From contig CM059440.1 of assembly GCA_030390025.1 (NCBI GenBank), positions 44,640,001-44,704,000 on the forward strand: a stretch of 64,000 nt of DNA. Reading direction: 5' to 3'. This stretch comes from Squalus acanthias (taxonomy: Eukaryota). Positions 37,321 through 50,689 of this stretch are shown piece after piece; position 1 is the stretch's first letter; every line of letters begins with the position of its first letter. The notes below the pieces were generated by a model. The model was not told where the DNA came from. It worked only from the letters and a program-made list of their open reading frames with translations, and did no database searches. Position numbers and translations under genes: made by a program.

Positions 37321-39489
37321 CTCGCTACAATGCAGCGAAGAAGCTGGAGATTGTATCTGTTATGAATGTAGGAGGTCGTGGTTATATTTTGGGGGTTTTT
37401 ACACAAGGTAGGATATTTGGGTTCAGTGTCATCAACCACTCCTGCAAGCAGACCTCACATCTCCTACAAACCAGAGGGTGCCTTTGCCTGCCCAATATCT
37501 GGCAAATGTAGCAAGACCCAAGGGTCAAACACAGAACCCTTGTCAGTGTATTCTGACTTAGTGGAATGTTTCACAGACTGCCGCGTGATCTCCTCAACAT
37601 CAGAAAACAGAAGAATATACATCCGATTAGATAAACTGATAAACAAATGTATTTAATATTAAACAAGTAAATGAACAAACAGTATATTACAATAATTACA
37701 AAACTTAATATTCGCCTCAAAATATCAAAGCAAGAAGACAGTTCTCCTGCATTAACTCGACATAACATTGATCCTTGAAACCAGTCACTCACATTGCAAA
37801 ACATTGCCACAGAGCTTTGGTCTGGCCCAGTTTCTCTGTTGGGTTCAGAATAAGTGCTGACTGGGAGAAATATTCTTTGAAATATTCAAAATTCTTTGAA
37901 GATATATTGGGAAAAAAAGTATATTAAAAACTGTATTTCTTTTAATTATATTGGACAGCCAGCCATTCACAAGTCCTGAATGACAATAGGATGTTCAACC
38001 ACTCAAGTACAGCTGCCATTGAAAGTTCAAATACAACTCAATCAAGGTGTCGAGATGGCCAAATGAATAGACCAACGCCTAAGCAGAACAACACACCTGA
38101 AGTGATCCTTTTGCATCTTAGACCATAATATATATTTTCTGCAGCTCACAGAACCAGCTTTAACAATAAATAAAGCATCACAGACAAAGATACTTCATTT
38201 CTGTCACAGTGGCATCAGACGAGCTCTCAGGATCAGGTTACCTCAGTACTCGAGTGGAACAAGCTTATTCTATAGTATAAATACTGGTAGGGGACTTCTC
38301 TCAGTACATTTGCTAGTAAGTCAAATTGCAAATGACTTTCAGATATGATCAGTGTCAGCTCATGATTGACTGTTTATTCAAGTGAAATCATTTGCATCAG
38401 CAGGGCACTACAGAACCTTTCTCCATCCACTCCAAATGGTAGTCTCAGTCAATGGGGTCTAAAAGCAGTGGGAAGTTACATCATTGAAATAATTTTACAC
38501 AACTGCAATAATGCTGATTGTTTTAGAAAGATCAAGATACGACAAACCTCTATGATAAAGATAACATTGTATCTGCAATTGTGCACTGATTTAAAAATTC
38601 CCAAACATTGTACAGTGCTTACTGTATCTAAAACAGGTCATTCCTGAATCAGCGATCTCTTCCTGTCTCAACCAGTACTCACTGCAAACCCCTCACAATT
38701 CCCACTCATGCCAACACATTGATGCATACAGGCTAAAACTACCGGGTCAGATTTATTTACCAGTTAAATAATACAGATAAACTAAATGATACAGCAAGGT
38801 ACTGAATCAGCACAATACTCAAAAAGAATACAATTAAAGTGAGTCAACAAAGGAAATTTATAGAATGTATTTTCTACAAAATCTGAAAATCAACTAGACT
38901 TTCGGGTTAAATAGTTGGGGTTGTTTCTTCGTAGATCTTCCAGATGTGACATATACATGCTACAAATCTCAGTTCATCGACAGAGTTTGGATCTCCTGCC
39001 AGAACTGGAGCTGAGCAACCACATTGTGACAAGGGATGTCTTTTAAGCAAGAACCATTTGTTGATGTAAACACACACAGTTTGACAGATCTCATTGTGAG
39101 GTGAAGTGCTAATGTCTGAATCTCACAACTTCCTCCACACTATTCCCCAACTGGCTCAGCAATCAGCCTATGCCATTGGCTGTCAATCTGCATCATTTAA
39201 TATTTCAAATTGGATGTTCTAGTACACCAAGTAACTTATTGACTTCATTCATGTCTGCGCAAAGACAATTAAACAAAGAAATACATTTCCATTTGGGAGA
39301 GATGTTCCCCATTGAATGCACAAAGTCAGTGTGTGCAGCCTGCAATGTGTATTGGTCACCGCTGCTAAAAAAGGTGGTCTTTCCAGAGACACAGCTAGCT
39401 GACGCCAACTGAAATCAGGTTTACCCTAAATATTGAACATAACATTAAATAAAATACAAAAATCCCCCTATTTTGTGAAAAACACACAA

Positions 39490-39840
39490 TCTAGGCTGGT
39501 GCTCTGGCGTACTAAGGTGGTGTTGTGTATTCTCAGAGGTGCTGCCCTTGAGATGAGACGTTAAACCAACATCTACCTATTGTGGTGGTTCAGCTGGACA
39601 TTAAAGAGGCCATGGCAATATTCGAAGAAGAGCAGGGAGTTCTCCCGGTTTCCTGGCCAACATTTATCTCTCCACCCAACACCCTAAAAACAGATTAATT
39701 AGTCATTCACCTTAAAGCTCTTTGTGGGTTCTTTCTGTCTGCAAAATGGTTGAACAATCAATGTATTTTGAAAGTCATTCACTGTGTGAAGTGCTCTAGG
39801 ATATTTCTGAGAGACAATGATAAGGTATTTTTTTATAAGC
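39490..39840 (+). mobile_element. Older diverged Deu-domain SINE
   Basis: gatgagacgttaaacc...cattaaag...gttctcccggtttcctggccaacatt. Confidence 0.7.
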
Positions 39841-40223
39841 GTTGTTTATATGGTCGAGAGAGGCCCCATTTTAAAAGCAGTAACACAAGCTCAGGATTTG
39901 GATTTAGATTTAGAAAGATTATTCTACAGCTCTGCATCATCTGAACACTTTAATTGTACTGAAGTCCTGTAATACTCGGACTGGAGGAAGGTATACAGTG
40001 GTGTTCCCCAGGGGTCGGTTCTAGGACGACTGCTTTTCTTGATATATATTAATGACTTGGATGTGGGTGTACAGGGCACAATTTCAAAATTTGCAGATGA
40101 CATAAAACTTGGAAGTATAGTGAACATTGAGGAGGAGAGTGATAGACTTCAGGAAGACATAAACAGGCTGGTGAAATGGGCGGACACGTGGCAGATGAAA
40201 TTTAATGCAGAAAAATGTGAAGT

Positions 40224-40446
40224 TGTGGCGGATCGCCACCTAAACGGGCATTATCCACTTTTCGTCCGTGGACAAATATCGATGCACCTTCCCTTTAAGG
40301 CAGGAGTGGGCGGGGCCTCAGGATTTTTCCAGAGAATTCTGGGAGCATTTCTGTTCAGCCATTTTGTGCCATGCAGTTGCATTAAAGAAGTCTCTTGTTT
40401 TATACACAGATTCAGCCTTAATTCGTGTTTCGCGGCAGCCTCAACA
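40224..40446 (+). repeat. 5' LTR (223 bp)
   Basis: tgtggcggatcgccac...gcctcaaca; attaaa at 40381. Confidence 0.95.
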
Positions 40447-40447
40447 T

Positions 40448-40461
40448 TGGTGACCACAACG
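40448..40461 (+). promoter_or_regulatory. Primer-binding site, tRNA-Trp-like
   Basis: tggtgaccacaacg vs TGGTGACCCCGACG expected for tRNA-Trp (12/14). Confidence 0.75.
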
Positions 40462-40486
40462 CTCAGAACGTATTCCAAGCACTGCA

Positions 40487-41095
40487 ATGGCGGACACGAA
40501 CGCAGTTTTCGTGAAACAGCCAGAGTTTTGGGAAAACCAGCCCGAAGCCTGGTTTCTCCAAGCCGAATCTCGCTTCCGGCTGCAACGCATCACCACAGAT
40601 GGGACGAAGTACGACTATCTCGTCATATCACTCAGTAGCGCCACAGTTTCGAAGGTTTGGACAATGCTGCAGAACCCACCAGAGGAAGGCAGGTACGCAC
40701 ATCTCAAGACAGCGCTCCTTAAAAAATTTACGGCCTCGGCATACCAGCGAAACTGCCACCTCCTCGACCTTCCAGGCCTCGGTGATGCCTCACCGTCAGA
40801 CCTCCTCTCCCACATGCTGTCCCTCACCGACGAGAGCCCACCCGGATCCCTCTTCCGCACGCTGTTCATCCGCCAGCTCCCTTTCAGCATCCGCCCAGCG
40901 ATCGTGGCGTCCGGCCTCACGAACCTGGAAGCCCTGGCCGATGAGGCCGACAAGCTGCTGTCCGCTCACTCCAGCCGCGACGTCACTCCGGACCTGGCAG
41001 CCAATGCCTGGGCGCGCCCCTCATCGGCCAGCACGCGGCCACAAGGGCCTGCCACCAGGCCCACGGGGCCTTCACGCCCCACTAACCCAGGGCCA
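40487..41095 (+). pseudogene. gag: Gypsy gag (N-terminal part; frameshifted just before the Cys-His box)
   Basis: KQPEFWENQPEAWFLQAESRF...KYDYLV...YAHLKTALL...PSDLLSHM. Confidence 0.9.
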
Positions 41096-44000
41096 CTGTC
41101 ACTACCACGCACGGTTAGGCACCAGGGCACAACGGTGCACACCTCCCTGCTCTTTCAAGTCCGCCCCCGTACCAGCCCCCGCGATGGCCGTGGGCCACGC
41201 GGGCTCCCTGCTGTTCGTCATGGATGACAAAACCGGCCGCCGGTTCCTGTGCAACACTGGGGCTCAGCACAGCATCATCCCGGCCTCCTCCCTCAACATC
41301 CAAAAGGGTGAACGAGGACCGGCGCTGGCTGCTGCTAACGGCTCGGAAATCCGGACGTATGGCACCCGGACAGTCACCCTCGACCTCGCTGGTCACCGCT
41401 ACCGATGGGAGTTCATCACTGCCAAGGTGCTCTCCCCTCTCATCGGCGCAGATTTCCTGTGCGCCCACGGCCTACTGGTAGACATCCCTCGTCACCGCCT
41501 CGTGGACATGAACACCATGTCCCCCATCCTGGGCGCCATGGCCCCTCTTCAACCCGCCGACATGGCGTCACAGTGCCACGCCCGGGCCACGGATGACTAC
41601 TCGGCACTCCTGGCCGAATTCCCGGCCCTTACCAATCCGACCTTCTCCGCGGAGGCCGCCAAACACGGGGTGGAACACTTCATCCCCACCACAGGCCCCC
41701 CAGTGTACGCCCACAGGCTGGACCCGACCAAACTGGAGATCGCGCGGACCGAGTTTGCCACCATGGAACAGCTCGGCATCATCCGCCGCTCCAACAGTCC
41801 CTGGGCCTCCCCACTCCACATCACCCCCAAACCAGGCGGAGGTTGGCGCCCCTGCGGGGATTACCGCCGCCTCAACGACACCACCACCCCTGATCGGTAC
41901 CCCGTGCCGCACATTCAGGACTTCTCGGCTAGACTGGCCGGCCGCTCAGTCTTTTCCAAGGTCGACCTGGTGCGCGGCTACCACCAAGTCCCCGTCCACC
42001 CCGCGGACGTCCCCAAGACGGCCGTAATCACCCCCTTCGGCCTGTTCGAGTTCCTGCGGATGCCCTTCGGCCTCAAAAATGCGGCCCAGGCATTCCAACG
42101 GCTCATGGACTCGGTCCTTCGGGACGTGAAGTTCCTGTTCGTCTACCTGGACGACATCCTGGTAGCCAGTTCCTCCAAGCAGGAACACCTCGAACACCTT
42201 CGCATCCTGTTCGGGCGCCTCAGCGACCACGGGCTCATCCTCAGCCCAGCCAAATGTCAGTTCAGCCTGGACAAGATCGACTTCCTCGGCCACCACATCA
42301 CCCATGCTGGGGCCATTCCCCTGCCCACCAAGGTGCAGGCCGTCCAACAATTTCCCCGCCCCACCACCATCAAAGGCCTCCAGGAGTTCCTCAGGATGGT
42401 GAATTTCTATAACCGCTTCATCCCCAAAGCGGCGTCCCTCATGAGGCCCCTGTATGAAGCCCTCTGGGGCGGGAGCGGCAAGATGGCGGTCGAATGGACG
42501 GCAGACGCATCCGCCGCCTTCGACTCCACCAAGACCGCACTCGCCAACGCCACCCTGCTCGTGCACCCACGGCCCAATGCCAGTGTAGCGCTCACCACGG
42601 ACGCCTCCGACCACGCGGTCGGCGCCGTGTATGAGCAGTGGGTCGACGGCGCCTGGCAACCACTTGCCTTCTTCAGCCGCCAACTACGCCCCCCGGAGGT
42701 CAAGTACAGCACCTTCGACCGCGAGCTCCTCGCACTGTTCCTGGCGGTCCGCCATTTCCGGTTTTTGCTTGAGGGCCACCCCTTCACTGCGTTTATCGAC
42801 CACAAGCCCCTGACATTCGCAATGGCAAAGACAACCGACCCCTGGTCCGCCAGGCAGCAGCGCCAGTTCGCGGCAGTGTCCGAGTTCACCACGGACATCC
42901 AACACGTCTCCGGCCGAGACAATGTGGTAGCCGACTGCCTCTCCCGCCCCGCCATCCACGCCGCATACCTGGCAGTCGACTACGCTCAACTCGCAGCAGA
43001 CCAGATCACCGACCCTGATCTGCTCTCCACACCCACCAACCTACCAGGGCTACGCCTGGCCGACGTCGCCTGTGGCCCGACCGCAGTCACGGTCAAGTGC
43101 GACATATCCCTATGTCAACCTCGGCCCGTCGTCCCAGCGTCCTGGCGCCGCCAGGTATTCGACATTCTCCACAACCTCTCCCACCCCGGCGTCTGCACAT
43201 CCATCAAATTGGTAGCCAACCGCTTCGTCTGGCGCGGCCTTCGCAAGGATGTGCGTACTTGGGCCAACTCCTGCCTAGCCTGCCAACGGGCCAAGGTACA
43301 GCAACACACGAAAGCACCCCTCGAGGAGTTTACCGTCCCCTCGCGGAGATTCGACCACATCCACGTGGACATCGTCGGGCCCCTGCCGCCGTCGCAAGGC
43401 CACACGCACTTGCTGACCATCGTTGACTGCACCACACGTAGGCCCGAGGCAATTCCACTAACCTCTACCACCACCGCCGACATCGCCAGAGCCTTCGTCA
43501 GCACCTGGGTCGCACGGTTCGGCGTCCCCTCCGACATGACGTCGGACAGAGGTCCGCAATTTACCTCTGAACTCTGGACCGCCGTCGCACGCAATCTCGG
43601 GGTGACCATTCACCGCACCACAGCGTACCACCCCCAAGCCAACGGACTGTGTGAGCAGTTCCACAGATCCTTGAAGGCATCTCTTCGAGCCAGCCTCCAG
43701 GACGGCGCCTGGACCGACCGACTTCCATGGGTCCTCCTCGGCCTGCGCACCGCGGTTAAAGAAGACCTCCACACATCGGCAGCAGAGCTCGGGTACAGTC
43801 AGCCGCTGCGCATACCTGGCGAGTTCCTGCCCACCGCCACGACACCCTGGTCAGCCGACCAGCAACGCCACGACTTCGCCTCACCGGCGCTGCAGTTCGC
43901 CCCGGTGCCCATTGCCCGACACGGCGAATCCACCTCACACGTCCCACTAAACCTGCACCAGGCACGGTTTGATTTCGTCCGGCACGACGCCCACCGCGGA

Positions 44001-44333
44001 CCCCTTCAACCCCTGTACTACGGGCCCTACAAGGTGCTACAGGCTGGGGACAAATTTTTCACCCTGCAAGTGGGCGACAGGACCGAAAAAGTGTCGGTTG
44101 ACCGACTCAAGCCAGCACACTCGGAGTCCGGTGAGCAGGTCCCTGTAGCTCGTCCACCTCCACGCGGCCGACCTGCCCTCAAGCCGGTTCACCCGGCTGC
44201 TCCACGCCCGGCTGTTCCACGTCCACCGGCGTCCTACAAGAGCCGCTCCGGCGGCCCATCAGACCGCCGCACCGTCTCGTCCACACCTCCTAAGCGGATT
44301 CTGGGGGGAGCTGTGTGGCGGATCGCCACCTAA
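41090..44333 (+). pseudogene. pol: Gypsy gag Cys-His box + pol (protease, RT, RNase H, integrase, GPY/F motif)
   Basis: CHYH..C...C; LCNTGA (catalytic D->N); SPWASP, GDYRRLN, MPFGL, YLDD; TDAS, RELLA, DHKPL; HHCC, VDIVGP, SDRGPQF; GPY...VDRLKP. Confidence 0.95.
44303..44310 (+). promoter_or_regulatory. Polypurine tract
   Basis: ggggggag three bases before the 3' LTR. Confidence 0.8.
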
Positions 44334-44555
44334 ACGGGCATAACCCACTTTTCCGTCCGTGGACAAATATCGATGCACCTTCCCTTTAAGGCACCTTACC
44401 TTTAAGGCAGGAGTGGGCGGGGCCTCAGGATTTTTCCAGAGAATTCTGGGAGCATTTCTGTTCAGCCATTTTGTGCCATGCAGTTGCATTAAAGAAGTCT
44501 CTTGTTTTGCACACATGGATTCAGCCTTAATTCGTGTTTCGCAGCAGCCTCAACA
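44314..44555 (+). repeat. 3' LTR (242 bp)
   Basis: Direct repeat of the 5' LTR with a 16-bp tandem duplication and small indels. Confidence 0.95.
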
Positions 44556-46892
44556 GTGATACATTTTGGCAGAAAGAATGAGGAGAGGACATATAAACTA
44601 AAGGGTACAATCCTGAAGGGGGTGCACGAACAGAGAGACCTAGGGGTATATGTGCACAAATCGTTGAAGGTGGCAGGGCAGGTTGAGAAAGCAGTTACAA
44701 AGGCTTAGGGGATCCTGGGTTTCATGAATAGAGGTATAGAGTACAAAAGTGTGGAAATTATGATGAACCTTTATAAAACACTGGTTCGGCCTCAACTGGA
44801 GTATTGTGTCCAATTCTGGGCACCGCACTTTAGGAAGGATGTGAAGGCCTTAGAGAGGGTGCAGAAAAGATTTACGAGAATGATTCCAGGGATGAGAGAC
44901 TTCAGTTACGTGGATAGACTGGAGAAGCTGGGGTGGTTCTCCTTGGAGCAGAGAAGATTGAGAGGAGATTTGATAGAGGTGTTAAAAATCATGAGGGGTC
45001 TGGACAGAGTAGATAGAGGGAAACTGTTCCCATTGGCAGAAGGGTCGAGAACCAGAGGACATAGATTCAAGGTGATTGGCAAAAGAACCAAAGGCGATGT
45101 AAGAAAAAACTTTTTTACTCAGCGAGTGGTTAGGATCTGGAATGCACGGCCTGAAAGGGTGGTGGAGGCAGATTCAATCATGGCTTTCAAAAGGGAATTG
45201 GATAAGTACCTGAAGGAAAAAAATTTGCAAGGCTACAGGGAAAGGGCGGGGGAGTGGGACTAACTGAAGTGCTCTTGCAGAGAGCCGGCACAGGCTCGAC
45301 GGGCCGAATGGCCTCCTCCTGCGCTGTAACCATTCTATGATTCTATGATGCGTCTTTCTGCACAAATAAGTAAGTAGGAAGCAAACCAACCCCCAAAACT
45401 CCCTCCCCACAAAATGGCAGATTAAAACGGCATGTCACCACAATCTCCTTTAATTCTGAAGTTGCTCCTAAAATAATCCTAAATTGACTGGGACCATAAA
45501 CAGCTATCAGATTGGAAACCATTCTCAGATAGTTGATTGACAGTTACAAAGGTAAATAAATACTTTTAATGGCCGTTCCCTAGCAATTAGAGTATTTAAA
45601 TCTATTTTTTCAAGTTGTGGGTTATCTTATGTCTAATTTAGAATTGAAAGAAAATGATAGCTCGGCCATGCACCGTGAAGCTATGGAATAAAAATCATAC
45701 AGTACTAATAAGCCCATCAACCCGCAGGAACAACAGCAGAAGGACCCACGGAGCGTGCAGCTGCCAACTCACTTCAGACATGAACCCTGCCAGCGGAGGA
45801 AGATGTCGATGCTGTCGGTGCGCGTTGGCTGTGTGGTCAGGTTCACTTGTGGTTCAAAAAAAGTCAAACGGCACAGCTGGGAGCCACATGCACTCCGTTA
45901 CAAACATCGCACGGTTCAAAGAGGGCTGTGCACACTGCAAGAAATTAAATGCCACAGGAATAGTTTTATCGCCACACAAAAGGAAAGCAAAAACTAGTAG
46001 AAATGAAAATTTCTTCACCCTGAGAGGGTCTGACTGATTGGTAACCAAAACCAGTTATCTACCAGAATAAGATGATTAAGATACCAACAAATGCAAAATT
46101 ATATAGAAATGAAGAGAAAGATATTTAACGTCTTTACCGTATATACGTGATGTGTACACATTATCTACATTTTAAGCAGTCGTGTTGTAGTTAATGGAAT
46201 TATCTGATTCACTAGTTCCATCTTTTAAATTGAGAAACCAAGGTGAAATGCCACAGTAGAACACCATCAAGATTGAAAAGATCAAACAACATAAATCAGG
46301 AATTAAAGTTTGGATGAGGCCCATCTTATGTTTTAAGAGCCTGAAGGTCGTACAAAGAACATGTTCCAGTTCGGGCTTCTTCCAGCAGGCCATGTCTGCT
46401 ATAACCTGAAATCTGCACACTTATACAAGCTGTGTGTGAGATAGCCTGCTCCAGATTAACAGCTACCCCCTAATTATGGTATCTGGCACACTGGAGATCA
46501 TGTGGGATGCATGCCATATTATCCTGTCTTCTCCAACAGCTAGAATTTCCAATCTACAGAGTTCAGCCAGAACTAAAGCCAAGTAGCCAAAGCTGTAGTT
46601 TATTATCATGGGAATCCTTTCAAGTACAATCAGGCCCCTCACACCTTGTGAGGTGGAGGGTTAATGTCCAGGTATTACCACCTTCCTGTAAAACATCACA
46701 TTGTAAAACCTCACCAATCAAACCGTCTTCCCTCTCCTTTCTCTTCTGCTTTAGCTGGGCGCCACTCCCCTGTGACTGGAAACCCCACCAATCCGCAGCA
46801 GCATTCAACGTCCTCCACTAACCAGCATGGCACAGTTGACCATATTTTGCTTGAGTGTGGCTTTGAACTGCTTGTACCAACCGCCAGTCTTA

Positions 46893-47228
46893 ACATAGAA
46901 ACATAGAGAAATAGGAGCAGGAGTCAGCCATTCGGCCCTTCGAGCCTGATCAATATGATCATGGCTGATCCTCTCTCTCAATACCATATTCCTGCTCTCC
47001 CCATACCCCTTGACGCCTTTTGCATCTAGAAATCTATCTATCTCCTCCTTAAATATATTCAGTGACTTGGCCTCCACAGCCTTCTGTGGTAGAGAATTCC
47101 ACAGGTTCACCACCCTCTGAGTGAAGAAATTTCTCCTCATCTCAGTCCTAAATGTCCTACCCCGTATCCTGAGACTGTGACCCCCTCGTTCTAGACCCCC
47201 CCAGCCAGGGGTAACATCCTCCCTGCAC
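46893..47228 (-). mobile_element. CR1 3' end
   Basis: MRRNFFTQRVVNLWNSLP. Confidence 0.92.
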
Positions 47229-48272
47229 TAACTTTCCCCTCCTCGAGCTCTCCACAAGACATAGGGGAGCTGAACCGCACCCATTCCCGCCACATGACAG
47301 ACCCAGTTCAGCTACCCATTGATGAGCATCAACTTAATGCTGGTTGTGTGTGCGTGTGACGGATATTGTGTTCTGCCTCTTCACATTCAGGATGAGATGG
47401 AAGCAGTGCATGTGGAATCTGAGGAATTCTGTAGGAAGTCCAAAAACCACAGCCACTCTTGCAACTGGGTATGCTCTTGCTGGGATATACTGCATGTGTC
47501 TAATGGGAGAAACAGCCATCCAAATGTATTTTAATACCTGCCCCAATTTTCTCTCCTGTTCTCTGTAAGGCACTAAGCTTTTCCGAGGTACAGTGTCCCA
47601 GGTGCCAGCAGTTCCACAGTTGCCGGAGGTTCCACAGGTGATGGCGGTTCCACAGGTGGAACTATTCCACAGGTATCAGCTCCTTGACAATGAAGGGCAT
47701 CACAGCTGAACCCCAGCTTCACACACCTGTACCTTCCATCAGCAATGAATGGCTAGTGATCCCCGTGTGATTGTTTTCCTTTCCCTCCTTAGCCCAGGGA
47801 ACTGAGGCAACTCTACCTAACTCTGCACTGGCGGAAATCCACACAGCGACATGGACCAGAGATCAAACACGGGATCTGCTGGTCTGTTTTAAGTTCAGTA
47901 CGCCACTACATGCTCCATTTCAGTTTTACTGAGACCTCTATATAATGGTTTGTCCACTTTTAGCCATTGATTTTACCATGTTGAATACAGAGTGAAACAC
48001 AGCCCTATGATGAATATTTAAAGTGACCAGGGTGGTTAGTAGCATCAAGTAAAATGAATTGCTGGCTGTCTCAGTCTAACTTTATGACTAAAGAATTCCA
48101 GACATGCACAAGGGGCAAAACTCGAATGGACTCGCCATCTGGGCCTGTGCATTAAAACCACATTTTTTAAAATCTAGCAGAAGACCAAGAAAGAGATGAA
48201 TCGCCAGAACAATAGAGGACAGAGGTCACTCCAAAACAGAGTGGATTCACAATGCACAAGATCAAAAAATAT

Positions 48273-50528
48273 TGGCCCGTAATTTGCGCTCAGTAGCAAA
48301 GCAAAGGCGCTCGCCCCGAAGAAAGCTTCCCACAACAATCTTGCAACCTCTGTGGCGACAAGTTTGGCTTTTCCGACGTTCAGTGTCGTGTAATGGGGAA
48401 TCCCTAGCGCGAGCTGCTGTGACATCAACAAGCTGTCTGAGCAGCCAATCACAGTGCAGAATTCTCACAGTCCAGGAACCAGGAAGTGAAGAAACTCCTT
48501 CTATTCAGACTTTTTAAAAATGTTACAGAACAAAACAAAGATTGGGGCCCTCACTGGGGAAAAGGTAAATTTGAAATAAATATGAACAAACTTTTAAAAA
48601 ATACAATTTTTTTAAAGTTTCTTAACAATTGTAATTTTTATTAAAATGGAGAAATTTGACACTCCACAAAATTAAAATTCGTTGTTCAGGGCCATAACAA
48701 TTCTGATCCGTCAACACGCTGTTAAAACACCTAATCCAACAAGGTCTAACTTTTAAAGGGGTTTTTAAGAACTAGCCGCGCCTCTAGCCAAGCTGTTCCA
48801 GTATAGCTACAACACTGGCATCTATCCGACAATGTGGAAAACTGCCCAGGTATGTCCTGTCCACAAAAACAGGACAAATCCAACCTGGCCAATTACCGCC
48901 CCATCAGTCTACTCTCAATCAAAGTGATCAGCAAAGTGATGGAAGGTGTCATCGACAGTGTTATCAAGTGGCACTTACTCACCAATAACCTACTCACCAA
49001 TGCTTAGTTTGGGTTCCGCCAAGACCACTCAGCTCCAGACCTCATTACAGCCTTGGTCCAAACATAGACAAAGGAGCTGAATTCCAGAGGTGAGGTGAGA
49101 GTGACTGCTCTTGACATCAAGGCAGCATTTGACCGAGTGTGGCATCAAGGAGCCCTCATAAAACTGAAGTCAATGGGAATCAGGGGGAAAACGCTCCACT
49201 GGCTGGAGTCATACCTAGCACAAACAAAGATGGTTGTGCTGGTTGAAGGTCAATCATCACAGCCCCAGGACATCGCTGCAGGAGTTCCTCAGGGCAGTGT
49301 CCTAGGCCCAACCATCTTCAGCTGCTTCATCAATGACCTTCCCTCCAACACAAGGTCAGAAGTGGGGATGTTCGCTGATGACTGCACAGTATTCAGGTCC
49401 ATTTGCAATTCCTCAGATAATAAAGCAGTCCATGCCCGCATGCAGCAAGACCTGGATGACATTTAGGCTTGGGCTGATAAGTGGCAAGTAACATTCGCGC
49501 CACACGAGTGCCAGATAATGACTATCACCAACAAGCAAGAGTCTAATCACCGCCCTTTGACATTCAATGGCTTTACCATCGCCGAATCCCCCAACATCAA
49601 CATCCTGGGGGTCACCATTGACCAGAAACTTAACTGGACCAGCCACATAAATACCGTGGCAACAAGAGTAGGTCAGAGGCTGGGTATTCTGCAGCAAGTG
49701 TCTCACCTTCTGACTCCCCAAGACCTTTCCACCATCTACAAGGCACAAGTCAGGAGTGTGATGGAATACTCTCCACTTACCTGGATGAGTGCAGCTCCAA
49801 CAACACTCAAGAAGCTCGACACCATCCAGGACAAAGCAGCCCGCTTGATTAGCACCCCATCCACCACCTTAAACATTCACTCCCTCCACCACCGGTGTAC
49901 CGTGGCTGCAGTGTGTACCATCTACAAGATGCACTCCAGCAACTCACCAAGGCTTCTCCGACAACACCTCCCAAACCCGCGACCTTACCACCTAGAAGGA
50001 CAAGGGCAGCAGGCGTGTGGGAACACCACCACCTCCAATTTCCCCTCCAAGTTACACATCATCCTGACTTAGAAGTATATCGCCGTTCCTTCATCGTCGC
50101 TGGGTCAAAATCCTGGAACTCCCTCCCTAACAGCACTGTGGGAGCATCTTCACCACACGGACTGCAGTGGTTCAAGAAGGTGGCTCATCGCCACCTTCTC
50201 GAGGACAATTAGGGATGGACAATAAATGCTGGACTTGCCAGCAATGACCACATCCTATGAATGAATTAAAAAAAAGATATTACTGCGGAAATGTCGAAGT
50301 TTTCATCAGTTTCACTGATTTCCCTGATTGCCAGCTATGGTGGGTGGGGAGGGTGGGGGGGAAGCACAGCGCAGCCCAGGTTGGAGCAGTGAATGACTGA
50401 CCGCAACTTCAGGATTTCCGTGTTAGGATGCGCCTGCGCTACATCCTGAAGTTGCGGTCAGTTTCAAAGGGGTAATAACGGCGAATGCTGTTTGTTCGCT
50501 GTTATTACCCACCGCAAATTCCGGGCCA
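48273..50528. mobile_element. MITE split by a LINE-B insertion
   Basis: TIRs tggcccgtaatttgcg / cgcaaattccgggcca. Confidence 0.8.
48771..50275 (+). mobile_element. LINE-B 5'-truncated copy (RT and tail)
   Basis: [35 protein letters not shown]; premature stops. Confidence 0.95.
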
Positions 50529-50689
50529 TAATTCAAATAAATCAAAGGTTTTCTGCACATGAACGGTGAGCACCCGGCACGTCTACACTGCACACTCTTC
50601 AACGCAAGAAGCGAAATTCATTTGTAGCTCTGAGCCTCTCTCTCTTGTTGGTTGAAAGCATAACGTATCTCATTGTGTGCCACGTTAGT

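Larger units (their letters stand above)
40224..44555 (+). mobile_element. Near-complete Ty3/Gypsy LTR retrotransposon, CsRn1-like
   Basis: TG...CA LTRs, PBS, PPT, gag-PR-RT-RH-IN order, no env. Confidence 0.97.
39977..45349 (+). mobile_element. CR1 3' portion hosting the Gypsy insertion
   Basis: SGVPQGS/FADD on the left, reading KCEV|IHFG rejoins across the insert, ORF 44724-45263, attctatg tail. Confidence 0.95.

Noticed and set aside
40599-41090. N-terminal 160 aa of the 1244-aa ORF
   Set aside because: Alternative frame over gag; homology in that frame starts only at the Cys-His box
41115-43965. Many antisense/overlapping ORFs within Gypsy pol
   Set aside because: Expected in GC-rich coding DNA; no motifs
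40224-44555. Bacterial contamination or endogenous retrovirus
   Set aside because: Cleanly integrated in a host CR1 with LTR/PBS/PPT; Gypsy-type pol; no env or space for one
46172-46420. Minus-strand exon VIADMACWKKPELEH...
   Set aside because: Acceptor is plausible but no convincing donor before the stop
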